A stretch of DNA of 64,000 nt from Bugula neritina (lineage: Eukaryota; Animalia; Bryozoa), in assembly GCA_964035545.1 (NCBI GenBank), contig OZ037768.1, positions 17,651,500 through 17,715,499 on the forward strand, in the 5' to 3' direction. Of this stretch, positions 26,459-40,886 are shown piece after piece. The position numbers were made by a program, and so were the translations under genes. The notes beneath the pieces were generated by a model, which was not told where the DNA came from, made no database searches, and worked only from the letters and a program-made list of their open reading frames with translations. Every line of letters begins with the position of its first letter. Position 1 is the first letter of the stretch.

Positions 26459-27353
26459 ACATTTGCAAGTAGATGTTTTATCATGTAGTTGAAGTATTTT
26501 AATTATTATGGGCTTATGTATATTACAATTTACTAATACAGTTCTTTGCTTTACCTGTCGCGAACTCTCAAAATCTATGATATAGCTGTTAGCTGCAAAT
26601 TGATTTTTTATCTTTTTAATAAAATAAGGGCAAGTCGTACTTAGTTTTAAGCACGGAGATAATTTTGTAAAAAGTCGTCGTTTTGAGTTTTTCAGGTAAA
26701 AATTTTAATTTTTACATTTTGGAAGTTGGTAAAAGTTAACATATGTTGTCTTAACTTTAACGTCAAGTTTTTTAAAATTTATGTAAACAGTTTTCAATCA
26801 TTTGATTTTCCCTACTATAGTTGTGAATATTTATGCTGTGATGGAGTTTTGGCATTCACATAGTCTTTCTTTGTTTACTCAATGTTGTAGCTTGTAATAA
26901 ATGTTATTCGACAGTGTTTTGCCTTTTTTGTGTTTACGAACTCTTGCACTGGTTTCATGAAGGTATTTTTATTGTCCAGTCATCTTCATTTGTCATTGTA
27001 TCAAAAAACGTGGGTTATGGTGAAGTTAGGTTAGACGTGTCACCTGCTTCAGTTCTATTCATTAGTTACTCCCTAGAGTTAAGTAATTCAGCAAAGCATA
27101 AAATATACCTAGATATCAAAATGTTCTGCGTCATTCCAGTTTTTGTGGCATATATTACATGGGTGATAGGATTTACAGCCAACCACTATACATTCTTAAG
27201 TCGGGCACTCAAGCATGTCTCCTACCTAATTAGGAAGTTCTGATACCAATGCCAACTTTCAAAAGACTGCAGGCAGTCAAATGTAGAGGACGTTCTTGTC
27301 TAAGCACAGCTGGACTGTAGCTAAAGGATAATTGAATAATATATGGTGATAAC

Positions 27354-28258
27354 ATGTCTGTATCATCCGAAAGAAGCTGTTCTAGTCCCGACTCATCTGC
27401 TGATGGCAGCATAGCATGTGGACCAATGAAATTAAAGCGTCGTTGGATACAGATGAGCTCAACAGAAGATGCCCATACTAAGCAGGACACAATTGCTGTC
27501 GATTTAACTCAGTACACCAAAAAACAAAAAGTTCACAGGTATTTAATACACGTGTAATGAAAACATAGTAGCAAAATGTTAGTTGGCTTGACTCATAAAA
27601 TTTAGGTTTTCCAAAATAGAAATTTTGATGAAATATCGGAGATGTAAAAATGCTTGTTAATGTAGTAAAAATTTATTATTAAGTACGTTTTAATTTTGCT
27701 GAAAGATTGCTCTCTGCTAACACCAAAAAGTTTTCACATAAAACCAATTTTTATTTTTGTAGCCCTCAACCAAAGAATTCACCATCCACTCATTTGGACC
27801 ACCTGCATAACTCTCTATATTCACTCATCTTGCCAAATGGTATGTGTAATATAAAGACAGTATAATGGCATTGAGGTTACTTGAAAGCCGTGCATACTAA
27901 AATATTATAGTTCTTCAAATATTGAAGTACTATACAGAAAATTATTTATAATGCTAACTGTATTGTAGATCCTAGAGATTGGACAAAGAAAGATGTACTA
28001 AAATGGCTAAAATACATGAAGTCGAAATATAACTTAGATGTTGCTCCTGTGCGATTTGATATGAATGGAAAAGCCTTGTGCATGATGTCTATGGAAATGT
28101 TCATAAAGCGTGTGCCTGTTGGAGGAAAGTTGCTCTACAGAGATTTCCGGCTAAGATTATACCCAGCAGTGTTCTTCCAAGAGAGTCATAAGTCTAATTT
28201 TTACAAGTTGACACCTTTACAGATGCTTGCTCTTACTACTGGAAAGTATTTTCCTTGA
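27354..28258 (+). CDS. edl: SAM/Pointed-domain-only protein, Mae (ETS-domain lacking)-like, ~183 aa
   Basis: Exons 27354-27538, 27763-27839, 27969-28258. LPNDPRDWTKKDVLKWL...FDMNGKALCMMSMEMFIKRVPVGGKLLYRDFRLRL closely matches the recalled Drosophila Mae SAM (LPLDPRDWTRADVWKWL...FPMNGKALCLMSLDMYLCRVPVGGKMLYRDFRVRL). No ETS domain before the stop. Confidence 0.85.
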
Positions 28259-31200
28259 ATTGTAAAAACTATCGGTTGGCAGGTTACAACTATAATCAAT
28301 TATTCTATGTTTGTGATGACAAGGTCTTGTTTTGTAGAGCGTCCAAATGGGCAAAGCTTTTAAGGGTAGATGTTGATGTGATTTCAATTTTGTATTTCCA
28401 GTTATATAAATATACAACCGGAAAAAATAGCCATTTTAAATTTTGACAGGTACTTCAACCAGATTGAATAAGTCGCATGGTAATGCATGACTGAGCTCTT
28501 TTTTATGATCTTATATCTGTATGTATATTAAACAAATTTCATTTGTTGTTTTTATTTGTTGCACTTAGAAATCCACCCAGCAGTGGAATGTTATTTTGCG
28601 CTGGTCGCAAATAAATTTTACTTAAATCAATTCAAATGTAATGTTATGCATAACATATCTTAAATCATCCATCATCCGCCATAAAATCCGGTTGTCACTT
28701 ATCTCGTTTATCTTGCAATGTTCTTGCTTGATTGAGCTCATAAACACATACAGTCTTGGGAGATGTTAACAAATGTTTCTGCCAACACTGGCTGGTACCA
28801 ACATCTCTACACGCACATATTTAGTTAAACCCTAATCACTATAATACAGCTAATCCATTTAATTGTTTGTTTTTGAAAGTTATATGATATTTTGATGGCT
28901 ATAGGTAATGAATGTTGTCTTTCAAATGTTCCGTGTATATAATTTGTGCGACTGGATCTTAGCCATTACTTAAAATGGTAAAAAGATATAACAGTTGTCA
29001 AAAGTAATATGTTAAAAATATTTAGTCTTAGAATCCCCTAAGCAAACTTAAAGCAATAACTTGCAGTTGTGAATCTGTGACACTGTACAAATCGTCAAGT
29101 TGCATTTAAACAGTGCTAGCTTTTTAATAGGTAGAAATCTCAAGCTCCGTAATTATATACTTAATTTTCTCTAGTAACATCGATATAATCTTTTTAGGCC
29201 CCTAACCATCCTTCCATTTCATTTTATATAGCTCATATGCAAATGTTGCTCATCAATAACTGCTCAGCTTTTCTTAAACATTTAAGTTGTGTTGAATTAT
29301 ATGATTGCCTTATTAATATTTGTTGTTGCATGTTTATTAAGCCTGTCATTTCAATCAACTCTGTTCAAGATACATATTATTATATAATTCATATTAATTA
29401 CTATTAAATAGATGCTACAACTATGTAGCATATATTACTTGATATAATAGCTCACTGCACATTACTTCATATCTAATGTTGGATTTTGTAATATCCTCAA
29501 AAGCCAGTAACTTAAGTCAAATTATATAGTTTGGGTGGACAAAAACTGTTTTTGTATAATATTTGATGAGATTAAAAATAAACAAGAATGTTTGGAGTTA
29601 TCCTTTCTCAAACTGAAACATAGGCAGGACAACTCTCAATAAGCTACCCTTGAATTTGGTCATGCAAAGTCGAATAGTTATTAAATAAAGTTTATTTTCT
29701 GCTAAAAGCTAAATTACTGGTGGAGAAAAAGTGCAAGGTAAAAATATTTGTCTCTGTACAAAGAAAATAATCATAGCTAATCAAACGCAGATATGCTACA
29801 TTTACTGATTTACATTGGACTATTCATTTATAGATGGCAAAGAACATCAAGTCTGCTGTGAAAGTAACATAGCCTCTGGTAGCTAGAGAACTCAATCTCA
29901 ACTTATTCCTTTGTATATTCATTTTGTAATTTATGATTTAACAGGCTTTTGTTAACTTAAAAATAATATTAAATCACTTTTTATAACAATATTGTATTTC
30001 AACTGCACTCATATTTTATTGCTCCACTGCACAATAAACAACATTTTAATGACATCGCAGCCATAAACGATTGATAATACAACAAATTTTACAACACCTA
30101 AAGATGAGACTTCTCAATATCTACAACCTGCACAAGTATATATGAAACAATTAAAAACAATTAAATATACAGTAAAAACCACAAATCACTATGTAGACTT
30201 GAATAGAAAAAACCGTATAGAACAATTGAGTACAAAATGGCTGTAAAACATTCAGCAAAAATATTTATTATATACACTAGAATGTACCATAGAATGCGCT
30301 AAATACTGAACTAAAAAAATAATCTATTTATTAACCAGCTAATAACAACAAGTGTAAAATGAGTATTGGCACATTTTAAAAGAAATTATTTGCCAAAAAA
30401 TGGACAGAATTTACTTGATAAAACTGAGAACACTACTACATATACAGTTTACCAAAGTACAAGTAACAAGTTTTTACTGAATTTATACTTGACAGTATAA
30501 GCTTTGAGTGTGAATTTGACTATCTTAGGAGATTAGAACAGGCTCTCCAAATAGATTTAGTCAAAATTGATATCTGAAACAGAAATTGAAAAGAAATCAT
30601 TCTCAATTGTTTCTGTTACCAGAACAGGGTGGAGATAGATGAGGATAGGTGGGGTTAGGATTCTAAACTGTTAATGCAAATAGTTAATAGAGCTAGTTAA
30701 AAATGCTAACTATCCTAATCAATTAGAATTGAAAAATGGAATTATTTCTAATAAACTTTGTAATACAAAATATACATGAGAAATTCCAGCCTTATTAAAC
30801 TAATAAATTCATGCAGTAACTGATGAACTTAAAATCTTCTATTTTGATAACAGAAGGTAAAATTATGAAATAGAAAAGCCAAGGAGTTATTTAAATATGC
30901 ATGACAGACTTATTCCAGAATAAACTACATCCAAGAAAATTTCAACTTAAATAAGAATATCAGATTTCTTTAAAGTGCACATGCTTATGAGACTTCCTGT
31001 AAGTTTTTAAGCAGACTAAGGATTTGCCTCTCACCAAGCTGGCAACATAGCAAGAGGACTGGTTCACATGGCCCAACGTTTACTAGAACAATGCTCTAAC
31101 CACTAGATCATGGCTGCACAAAACTTGGAAAAACCTCGGCACAGCAAGATTTCTGTGTGATAACATGTGATAAACCACGAACTACATGTACAGAGATTAA

Positions 31201-31841
31201 TATGTTTGGAAAATGTAAGTAATAATTATTGAAGTAAATCGATACGATCTATAAAGGTTATAGTAGCATGAAGCCGTGGAAGAAAGAATGGTCTATTTTA
31301 ACTAGACTGGTGTTTAAGACTGATTAGGTAAAGAATTGCAGGTCAATAACAAGAAAATAGTGATACACTGTAAGCGAAAATGAACAAGCATAAACAATGT
31401 CCATATAATTAAGAGAAATAGTCTATACTATACAGGATGACACGTTTAGTATTAGCAATGTGATTTTTTTCTGAAGCTAATTTTTCAGTTCCATGATTAA
31501 ATTTGTCTACTAATGCAGGAATACTAACTAAGGGAATTGTATTTAATTTCATACATGAATGCAATGAGTAGCAGCCATTTTACACAAAAATTTAAAAGGA
31601 TATTTTACAAAATAGTTTTCATGATAAAAGTTTTAGCATGATAGTTTTAGTATTAAAAATTAATTTCATTGCTGAACAATTTCTATGTAAACCTCAATTT
31701 AGAACTTCAAATTAATTTTAACTTACAAACTACTATCCCATATTTGAATTGCGAGAACAACTCCCAAAATAAAAATTGACACAATATTTAGGCATGAAGC
31801 ATGTGTCTTGTGATTGTAGATGTGAAGAGTGCAGGTAAAAC

Positions 31842-34800
31842 TCAAGTTATACCTGGAGGGTTCTGATCGTTAAAGCTAAGAATAATTTTTTGTTTGGCCA
31901 CAGCCGTTTCCAGGTGTGTCAACAGTTGAGGAATTTCATTCAGCATTTCTTTACTGTTGAGCCTAGTGGAGGAGATCTACAAACAGGATGTAGCAGTAAA
32001 TAATGACACTATTTCCTGTTTAGCGGAGAGTTCACTATTTAGAAGATCAAAAACCAGTCAATTACAAAGCAGCAGTTTTATGCATGACTATTTCTACAGC
32101 ACAGGTTTCAGTAAAAATATCTTGGCCCAAACTCAAATTTCTACTGTCTTATGCAAGTTTACTCGAGTAATGCAATCTTACCATAAATGCTATAGAGAAA
32201 CAATATTTTAATTTATTCTTTGAATTACACAAAATACTCTATTTCAATAACTATAGACAACTATTAAATAAGCATAATAGGGTGGCAGTGAAAGGGCTAA
32301 GAACAACCTAACAAAACCCACCTCATGTGCGAGAGCTGCTTTGAATTGCTGGTGAATGTGAGAAATGGCTGCTGGATCTTTCAAGTCAGGCACATCTGAA
32401 AGCAATTTAAATTATATCATTTATATCTCAAAGCTCAAAGTATATCAGTAAAACTTCTGTGCAAAAATTTGCTGGTTTTTTAAATTCAAGTTTAATACTA
32501 AAAAGTTGTCCACTCTTGTAAGTGGTGTGTGTGTAATGAGATAACTTACTATCGACGGTAAGTGCCACGCCACATAAAATTGCTGTTTCATTGATACTAA
32601 ACCTAACAGCGTTTTGCCTCCTTGTATACTCATATAAATAAGTTACAAAATCTGCGGGGAGAATCTTCTCCATCCATTCTCTGGTGTAGACATATTCGTT
32701 GCAAAATGGTATGTAAGTCTGGCCGTTCTTGAACAACGGAGAGTTCCATATCTGCAGGTGATCATAACATAAACTTAAGTGAAGCGTGTAGAATACATGC
32801 AAACCAGATCTTCTACTATTCCTGTTAAATCATCCTCAAACCAAGAAATAAATCGCTAATTCAAACTTAGCCACGTATATAAGTAAATGATATAACAATT
32901 GAGCAATTCAATGAATATAAACATATTTAATTATATTACAAATCATATTATATTACATTATGTTACAAAGCATAAATAACTGCATCCCATGTATAGATCT
33001 CAGTGAATCAGTCAGGGAGTTAGTCAGTGAATCAGTCAGTCCACTGCTCAGTTCAACTGTAGGCTAATCATTCCATAGAAAAACACCAGATCTGGTCTCA
33101 GAAACTTACCAAAGAGGTAGAAAAAATAAGTTATTATTCAACTAGGAAAATAATACTTTTATTGTTGCCAATATTTGTGCTGACTAATCACAATTATTAT
33201 TTTCAACTGCCAGCAGAATAAAATGTATCAACATATTGAAAACATCATAACTGTCTGAAAGGTCACCAAAAGTTTTTAAAACAAAAGAAAATCTACAGCT
33301 GTACTGTAGCTATTTGAATATAAAAACTTATTTTCATCAAATAAATGTAAAAGTTGCCAGTTAATGAACTGGTGACTTAAATGTAAGGAACCAAAATTCT
33401 TGCAGTACCACATAAATATTTTCAGCAATAACACTACCTCTAGTATTAACTCTACTTTCAGTACTAACACTACCTCTAGTACTAACTCTACCTTCAGTAT
33501 TAACTCTACTTTCAGTACTAACTCTACCTTCAGTACTAACTATACCTTCAGTATTAACTCTACCTTCAGTATTAACTATACCTTCAGTATTAACTATACC
33601 TCCAGTATTAACTCTACCTTCAGTATTAACTCTACCTTCAGTACTAACTCTACCTTCAGTATTAACTATATCTCCAGTATTAACTCTACCTTCAGTATTA
33701 ACTCTACCTTCAGTACTAACTCTACCTTCAGTACTAATTCAACAATGAAGTAATGGAGAAACAGTCAAGTTAAAAGTAGCTCCACAACCTACCACAGACA
33801 AACTGAGATCAATACATAGGAAAACAGTGATGGATAACCAAGAACTGCAAAGTTCAACAAACCAGCAGAAACTTCAGTTAATAACTTACACAAGATACCT
33901 TGACTGCAAAACATTTGATAGCAAAAGAAAACAGATTAAAAATATTGATTTTCATAACAGAGTGCATCAGAGCATCTGTATGCTATGTAATCATCTAATG
34001 GGTGGTAAAACCATCAACTCCAATGCAGACATTCTTGGTTATTTTATAAGCTTACCAGCCATAGAGGTAAATAGGAATGTTGAATGAGAATTTTCGTATC
34101 TTCAGCGCTAACTTTATTCAGCAAAGGACATTTCAAACAAAATTCTATAACACAACGTCAAACAATTATTATACTGCAAACTTTATACGATTTATTGAGC
34201 ACAACCTTGGCATTACTATATTCCAGTTCTGAATGCATGCGTTAGTTTGATCCGAGAGTTGAAACAGAGAAAATAATTTTTCTCTGTAAGGTGTAATGTC
34301 AAGATAAAACCATGCATACAACTAAAACTAACTACGATAAGTTGCTCTGTTAAGGTATATAAGAGTCAAGGCAGCCCAACAACAAACTCAATTCCATTAT
34401 CAACTACAGCCGGTTAGACTGTTATAATGGTCAACTCTAAATATTGTTAAACTAATCGTTGGCACTAGAAAAAACCTCGATGCAATATTAGCCCTCAAGT
34501 CACCATTTATTTTCTCACTGGCGAAAAAAGTAACTCATGTTATATAAGCTATATTTCCCGATATACAGTTCCACCATATGAAGTATAACTTCCAGTGGGA
34601 AACTGTCAATGGTGAAAACCAACTGCAAGAGTTGTCTGCAACATCCAATATAACTACACTGAAAGGGACTGAGTGACTGTATATTTTAAACTACAAGCCT
34701 ATATACAATAGAGAGTATATACTATACACCACGAAAATATTGCTACTGTAACTGCAATAACTGCTTACTATTTAATAAAATGCATTCCGGTTAAACTAGA

Positions 34801-37800
34801 GTCAAGCCACAAAATTAAATTAAAGCCACACAATGGCCTTCAAACTTGAACTTGCTTGCTTTGCATTACCATATTTAAAGTGAAACGTGTGAACTATAGA
34901 TAAGAAGGTATTCGAACCACACCTGATATCTTTAGCTTATAAAACTGTTTTGAAAGAGTATAAAACTTGGCAGGTGCTTTTACTGAACCACAGTAGAGTT
35001 ACAATAGCTTGGTATGACAATCTGAAAGCACATAAATCTAGTTTAAAATCAGACTTTCAACACTTTTTGCTCGCAAACACTTACTAAGCATTAGGTCATT
35101 ATACACTCCTACTGACTCCATTAGGTACTTCCAAACAGTGGATAAGTTCTCTTGCCGAAGAGGTATCATTCTGTCAGTCTGCAATCAGTATAGAAGTCTG
35201 GTAAACTAGTGCAACAGCTTGCACTCAACATTATTTAGTTGTCTAATTGACTAGACTATAGAGAACATTATCAGTAAGCATTTTAGAAGTTTTCTACACA
35301 ACTAACAGTAAAGAAAGAAGCAATGGAGTCGCAGTGGATAAGCTTTGGTTTGCAACAGCACCAGTTAACCAGCACTTTGTACTTTTATCAGTTATTGAGC
35401 CTAAAAGTGAGTTTATACCTTCAAAATGTTCAATCAGAAATTCAATTTGACTGAGTTGCATGGCATTATAAAAGCCACTTGTCAAAATTTTTGACTTGCT
35501 ATAACTGGTCGATTTCAGAAGAACAATCAAAGGGAATGATAACTCCTTGTAGATATTGGTATTTCATTGTGATTTGACTAGATGACTCACAGATTCATTA
35601 GTTCAAGTAAAAGCTCCACAAGTAAAAGCGCCACAAGTAAAAGCTTCATGTTCACAATATCAAATAACAACACCGACTGCCTTTCTCAATGCCACTTTTG
35701 TAGTGTCACTTTACTAATTCATAATGTTTTCAAAGGGCATTAAATAGCAACTAAGAGGGTCCTATTTTACTATTAGAAAGTGAGCTTCCGCATCAAAATG
35801 ATTTCAACCATTTTCAGTAAAACTATAAGCGATATTAATTGAAACATAAACACAACATAAGATTGGAAAGGTGTTGGTGAGGTGAGCATGATAAGTGAAT
35901 TTGTCCTAAATCCGAACAGACGTAACCAATGGTTAACATAACCTGAAGAATTTCTATAGAATTACAATATTATTAATTTTATAGGGGGAAACACTGTGAT
36001 CAATTGAGACAACTGAGCGGAGGGTGAGGCTATGCAACCCTATTCACCGAACTTTGTACTCTTAATTTGTAAATTTTATTTCAACATTTGTCCAACCACC
36101 TTACCACTCTATAAGTTAATCTTACTTCAAGGCATCAGAAAGTTTCCTAGTTCCAGTAACAGGTGTAGGTTTTTCCAATTTTAAAACCTGACATCAGTCA
36201 CTGAGTTGATAAGATTTCACGAACAATACTGGTGTTGGACTCTTAGCCAATTTTCTTGGTGCCAACATAAATAATACATAACAAGATTGTTAAGAATCAG
36301 TCTAGTTGAAAAAGCTATAAAGCAATATTACGTATTTTCAACCACCATTTAATGCTACATTAATAATTTCCAGAGAAATTATACAAATTTTAGGGTGCAT
36401 TAGAACCAATACCCTCTGTGTTGTCAGCATAGTGTACAAGTTATAAGACCTACACTGCCCGTAGCTATCATTTCCTCCATGATATCCACTCCTCTCCTAA
36501 TATCACTTGTCACATCCCAGTAAACCTTTGCAACAGACTTGATGAGATTGTTCAGAGTTTGCTCAGAATTTCTAAGACTGGAGGGAGATGTGAACTCACT
36601 GCGAACATCATCAAATGAGCCATAATCAGAGTGGATGTCGTGCTACAAATATTCGTATTGCTGCAAATTGGAGATTTGTTTATGGCAAATTAATTTCATG
36701 AATTAATAGTCCTTCAACATTGCGGCATTCACAAGTTAAAGATTAGGATGTTAGAAAAATTAACTATGCTATCAAAAGATTTAAATTGTGAATAAAACAA
36801 GCAATATTCAATGTAAAGTTTTACTGTCTAATATCTACAATACATCTAAACATATCACACAGCATTAGGTATCCTGGTAAAACTGGCACAGGTAAAAATG
36901 ACACAAGTAATAATGGCACAAGTGGAAAAGTATGTAAAAATGGCACGTTTTCAATATTGGGGTTTAGGGTAAAGGGTTATGAATTTGGGGTTTAGGGTTT
37001 GAGTTTAGGTTTCGAGTGGGAGAGGTTTGGAAAAATTCAACATTAGTGTGCCGTATTTACCTACTTTTCCATTTGTGCCATTACTACCTGTGCCAATATT
37101 ACCTGTGCCACTTTTACCTAAACTGACAGCATTCACAAGTCAGTTGGGGGGTACAATAAGTATGCATACAAGTATGTGTGTATGCATGTATACTAGTAGA
37201 CGTACAAAATTGGGGCTGCATTGCTGTGGAGGAGGAATATCTTCATACAGAAGTTGGTTGGAGGAAGGAGTAGTATCTATAGAGTTCACATTCTGTATAT
37301 CCAGAAGCTGGGTGCTACTGCCATTCTGGGAGTTACACATTATTGCCTGACTGGTGCTGCTGTTGCATCTAGAGGCAGCAGTTACTGTAGGGGAATGACT
37401 ATGGAACTCAGAACTGTCTTTAGTATTGCTGCCGTATGACTGATAGGGTTGAACAGCTGGTGATTGATAAGTGTTGAGTGAGCTGAGGCACACATCGTGT
37501 CTATTGCCTGCTAACTTGTGCCTGTCAGAATATTTGGCACCATAATTCACTTTATGTACAGGATAGCGGTTAGATGAGTACGTGGGGTCACCGGGGTCAA
37601 CTGGCTGAAGAGGTGGGTGGTGTTTACTGCTAGCCATGGAATGCCAGTCACTGAAGCTGTGGTCAGCATAGCTAGACGTTAGAGGAGGCAAAGCTGGCAT
37701 CATGTTATGCAGTAAAGTACCACCTTCAGCTATTCTAGGCAGTATGGCCAGAGTAGGAGGAGCCATTTCTCTGGACTCATCCATTGCTATGACTTCGTCC

Positions 37801-40590
37801 AGTACCTGCCCCATTTCATAGTTATTCTGTTGAATGGAGGCCATGTTATATCCAGGATTGCAATGGTATGCTTCAGCCATGCGCCTCTCTCCACCCCCGT
37901 GTAGCACCTCCTGGAATTGCCCTGCACACATATGTTGAGTGAATCAAATGCTCTAGAGTCTAGATTATATCTATAATCTACAGATTTTACGACTAGTTAA
38001 TAATAAACAAGTCAGCAATTACTGGCAGCATTCTCAGCTTCAGTCTGAGAGGGGGAAATTCTCAACTAATTAACAACAGACAGCATTAGAACAGTTGGAA
38101 AGAAATGAAAAGCAGTATATTGTAAAAGTCATCAGATAATGGCCATTGATTGGTAACTAGAATATACATGAACTACACTAAAGTGAAAACAGGGAGTCAT
38201 ACAGTTGATTTCATTTTTAAAATAATTTTTCAATAAAATTATAAAGCGTGGATGCAAGTAGCCAACTAAAAACCCCTGCATTTAGTAACATAACAGCTAA
38301 ACGCCATTCACTTTGCTGCGAGCAACCTCAAGCAGCCCATGGCTTTCTACTATTATGGTATAAATCTTAAAGTAGTGACATACTTTGGGAGTTCCGGATA
38401 TTCTGGTGAACAGGGCTACAGTGACTGCCTGCACCGACTCTGTTGTTACAGGTCTTCATCAGTTTGAGTGGGGGAGGTCCATTCACCTCTTCATTCACTG
38501 CAGCACCACTATCTGTCTGTCTAGCCTCACTGCTGTTTTCTTCAAGAGCCTTTTGTCTTTGGACTTTCGGGATCCGTCCCATCTTGATAGCTAAGACAGG
38601 GCTGCACATTTTAGTGAATAAACAGTGAACGAAATATTTCTGAATTGAAGAGCAAATTTGAAGTAATTAAAAAAGGTTTTAACTCATGACATTAATTAGA
38701 AGAGTTTATTAAATGGAGTCCATTTGAGCTAACATGAAGTAGATTGGCTGACACTGGCTCAAGTAATGGCCAGTTGGTCATACACTAACATTAGTAGTGA
38801 ACTTCTCGAGGTGAAAGTAATGCTAGTAGACAGCCAACTATAATGAGTGACTTTCAGCAAGGTTGCCAGCCCATCAGACATTGTATAAATATAGTTAGGC
38901 CTATATTTATACAATGTAGGTCATTTCAACAACCTTATTTTTGGCATCAACAATACAACGTAACCGCAGCTTAGACTTTGACCTTAAATACTGGTTTCAT
39001 CTATCAGAACAATATGGCTATGATGTACTCAAAGCTTGTAACCATAGACTGCAAGTAAGCTCTTAGTCTGGAATGTTTACTGAGTGATAGCCTTCAGGTA
39101 AACTATTTATCACCTCACCCTCTCAAGTTCAACGTGAAGCATCACATTAATAACAATGTGACAAGATTAGTATTTCAGTGCTTTGCTCATTCACGATAGT
39201 GTAGTAAAACTTATCATCTGTGAACTTAATGGGGAGTGCAAGCTTAAGGACTGGTCAACGCTCTGATCAGTTATGGTTTCATACAGTTATTTCTACAACT
39301 TGAGTTGCTTATCACCAATATTAGTATCCATGCCAGGATATTAAATTTACACCACAATGCGATGGCTAAATCATGAAATAGTTGCTTCATTATTATTAAA
39401 TTTTCCAACAACTTTCAAAAGAGCAGTTCTCTATTGATTCAGTTTGAGAAGCCAGGTGGTATGACATTGCTGACGGATAAAGCCGCTGCCTTTGAAAGGT
39501 ACACAAATCTGGTATAAGACTTCATGAGCTATTAGAAAAAATCATTACTAGTCATTATTGGCTTCGAGTAGTTCATAATGATAGGCAAAACCACCTTACG
39601 AAGTATAAATTACAAACTTCCAAGAAAACACATTCTTATTGCTATCATACTGCATGATAACCATAAAGTGAATAAAATTGGCACGTGATAATGAGCTAAG
39701 TTGAGATTATTATGGAAGTTGAGTATTCAACTTCTTCCCCCCTCCCCCATTAGCTAGCAATAATAAGTATAGAACTCAAGCCACCACAACTGAATACAAA
39801 AGAGACAGTGAACTCTGAAAACCATAAATACTCATTCAGGCAGAACCAAGCTAGAGGAGAAATATATTTCACTGATGGGAAGCAAATCTGATGACAAGCA
39901 ATGGAATAACTTCAGCAGTTAGTGAAGGATGAGGTGGATGAGCTGTTGCCAGTATAACATGATGGTAGTAGCACTGTTGAGAGTACTTATTTAGTTTGAG
40001 TAGTAGCTGAGAGCTAAGGCTAGCTGGTAATTCTAAACTAGTTCCACTTACCTTAATGAACAAAGTACCAGCATAAGTAATGGCAAGACACAAAACCAAA
40101 CATATAACAGAAGTGGGAGAACCACAGAATTAAAACTTTATTTCAACAGAAAACCTGTCGATAACTTTACTCAGTTTCACATTGAACTTCCGCTCAGTTC
40201 AAGAGAGTAGAGATAACAGTACTAAGAAGCCAGACAGAAATAGCTAGCTTACCATCCATAGACATGCCAAGTTCTAGACATCTGTTGAACCTACACAGCT
40301 TGCACTTTATTCTGTTCTCCGGGTCTATAGAACACTTATCGTTGTGTAAGCATTTGTATTTGCCAAACTTGGGAAGACTTCGTTTGAAAAAGCCCTAAAC
40401 AGAACAAATACAAAATCCGGATACAAATCATTTTAACAGGTGGAAGCAGACTTCCCAGATGCTGCTATAAAACTAATTCAGCCTTCACCTTGCAACCTTC
40501 ACATGTATTGGCCCCATAATGCTTTCCTGTAGCCTGGGCACCACAGACACGGCATTTTCCAAATGGAAAGGGTATAGCTCCCTGGGGCAT
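31842..40590 (-). CDS. Nuclear receptor, NR1 subfamily (Rev-erb/E75/PPAR-related), ~649 aa, no AF-2 helix
   Basis: Minus-strand exons 40590-40489, 40394-40253, 38590-38384, 37921-37206, 36642-36454, 35178-35085, 34144-34056, 32751-32550, 32395-32322, 31976-31842 (1950 nt). DBD [28 protein letters not shown]...CLHNDKC...CKLCRFNRCLELGM; CTE AIKMGRIPK; degenerate LBD signature KFCLKCPLLNKVSAEDTKILI. The true start may lie further upstream. Confidence 0.9.
33430..33738. repeat. 18-bp minisatellite (CAGTATTAACTCTACCTT)n, ~17 units
   Basis: Direct tandem repeats in a nuclear-receptor intron. Confidence 0.95.
36876..37118. mobile_element. Small foldback/MITE with repeated TGGCACA(G/A)GTAA motifs and a TTTAGGG-like core
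   Basis: Left GGTAAAACTGGCACAGGTAAAAATG... is mirrored by ...TTACCTGTGCCACTTTTACC; centre GGGTTTAGGGT/GGGGTTTAGGGTTTGAGTTTAGG. Confidence 0.75.
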
Positions 40591-40886
40591 GGTCAGTCTG
40601 AAATAAAAATTATAATAAATTATTGCCTCAAATTATTTTATAGTCATACAAATTGCACTACCGACTGTTTTCTATTTTATCACATCGCATCAAATAATTA
40701 TAACTTTATCATGCTAAATTGAGATGTGCTTTCAAGTTGAATAAATTGTTACATGGTAGAAGCAGACTTGAATTGATGCAGATATGGTTTATTAAATAAA
40801 TGAACTAAGATGAAAGTTTATAGATATTATACATGTAACTTGCAAGAGCTCAAAACAAACTGCGTGAATTTTTCAAAATCTAAATT

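Noticed and set aside
33400-33753. STNSTF-repeat mucin-like ORF
   Set aside because: 18-bp minisatellite in an intron; TTG start, no signal peptide or splice support
38384-40590. Calling the receptor PPAR, E75 or Rev-erb by name
   Set aside because: The D-box has 5 residues (not the vertebrate PPAR 3) and the LBD is too divergent; orthology needs a phylogeny
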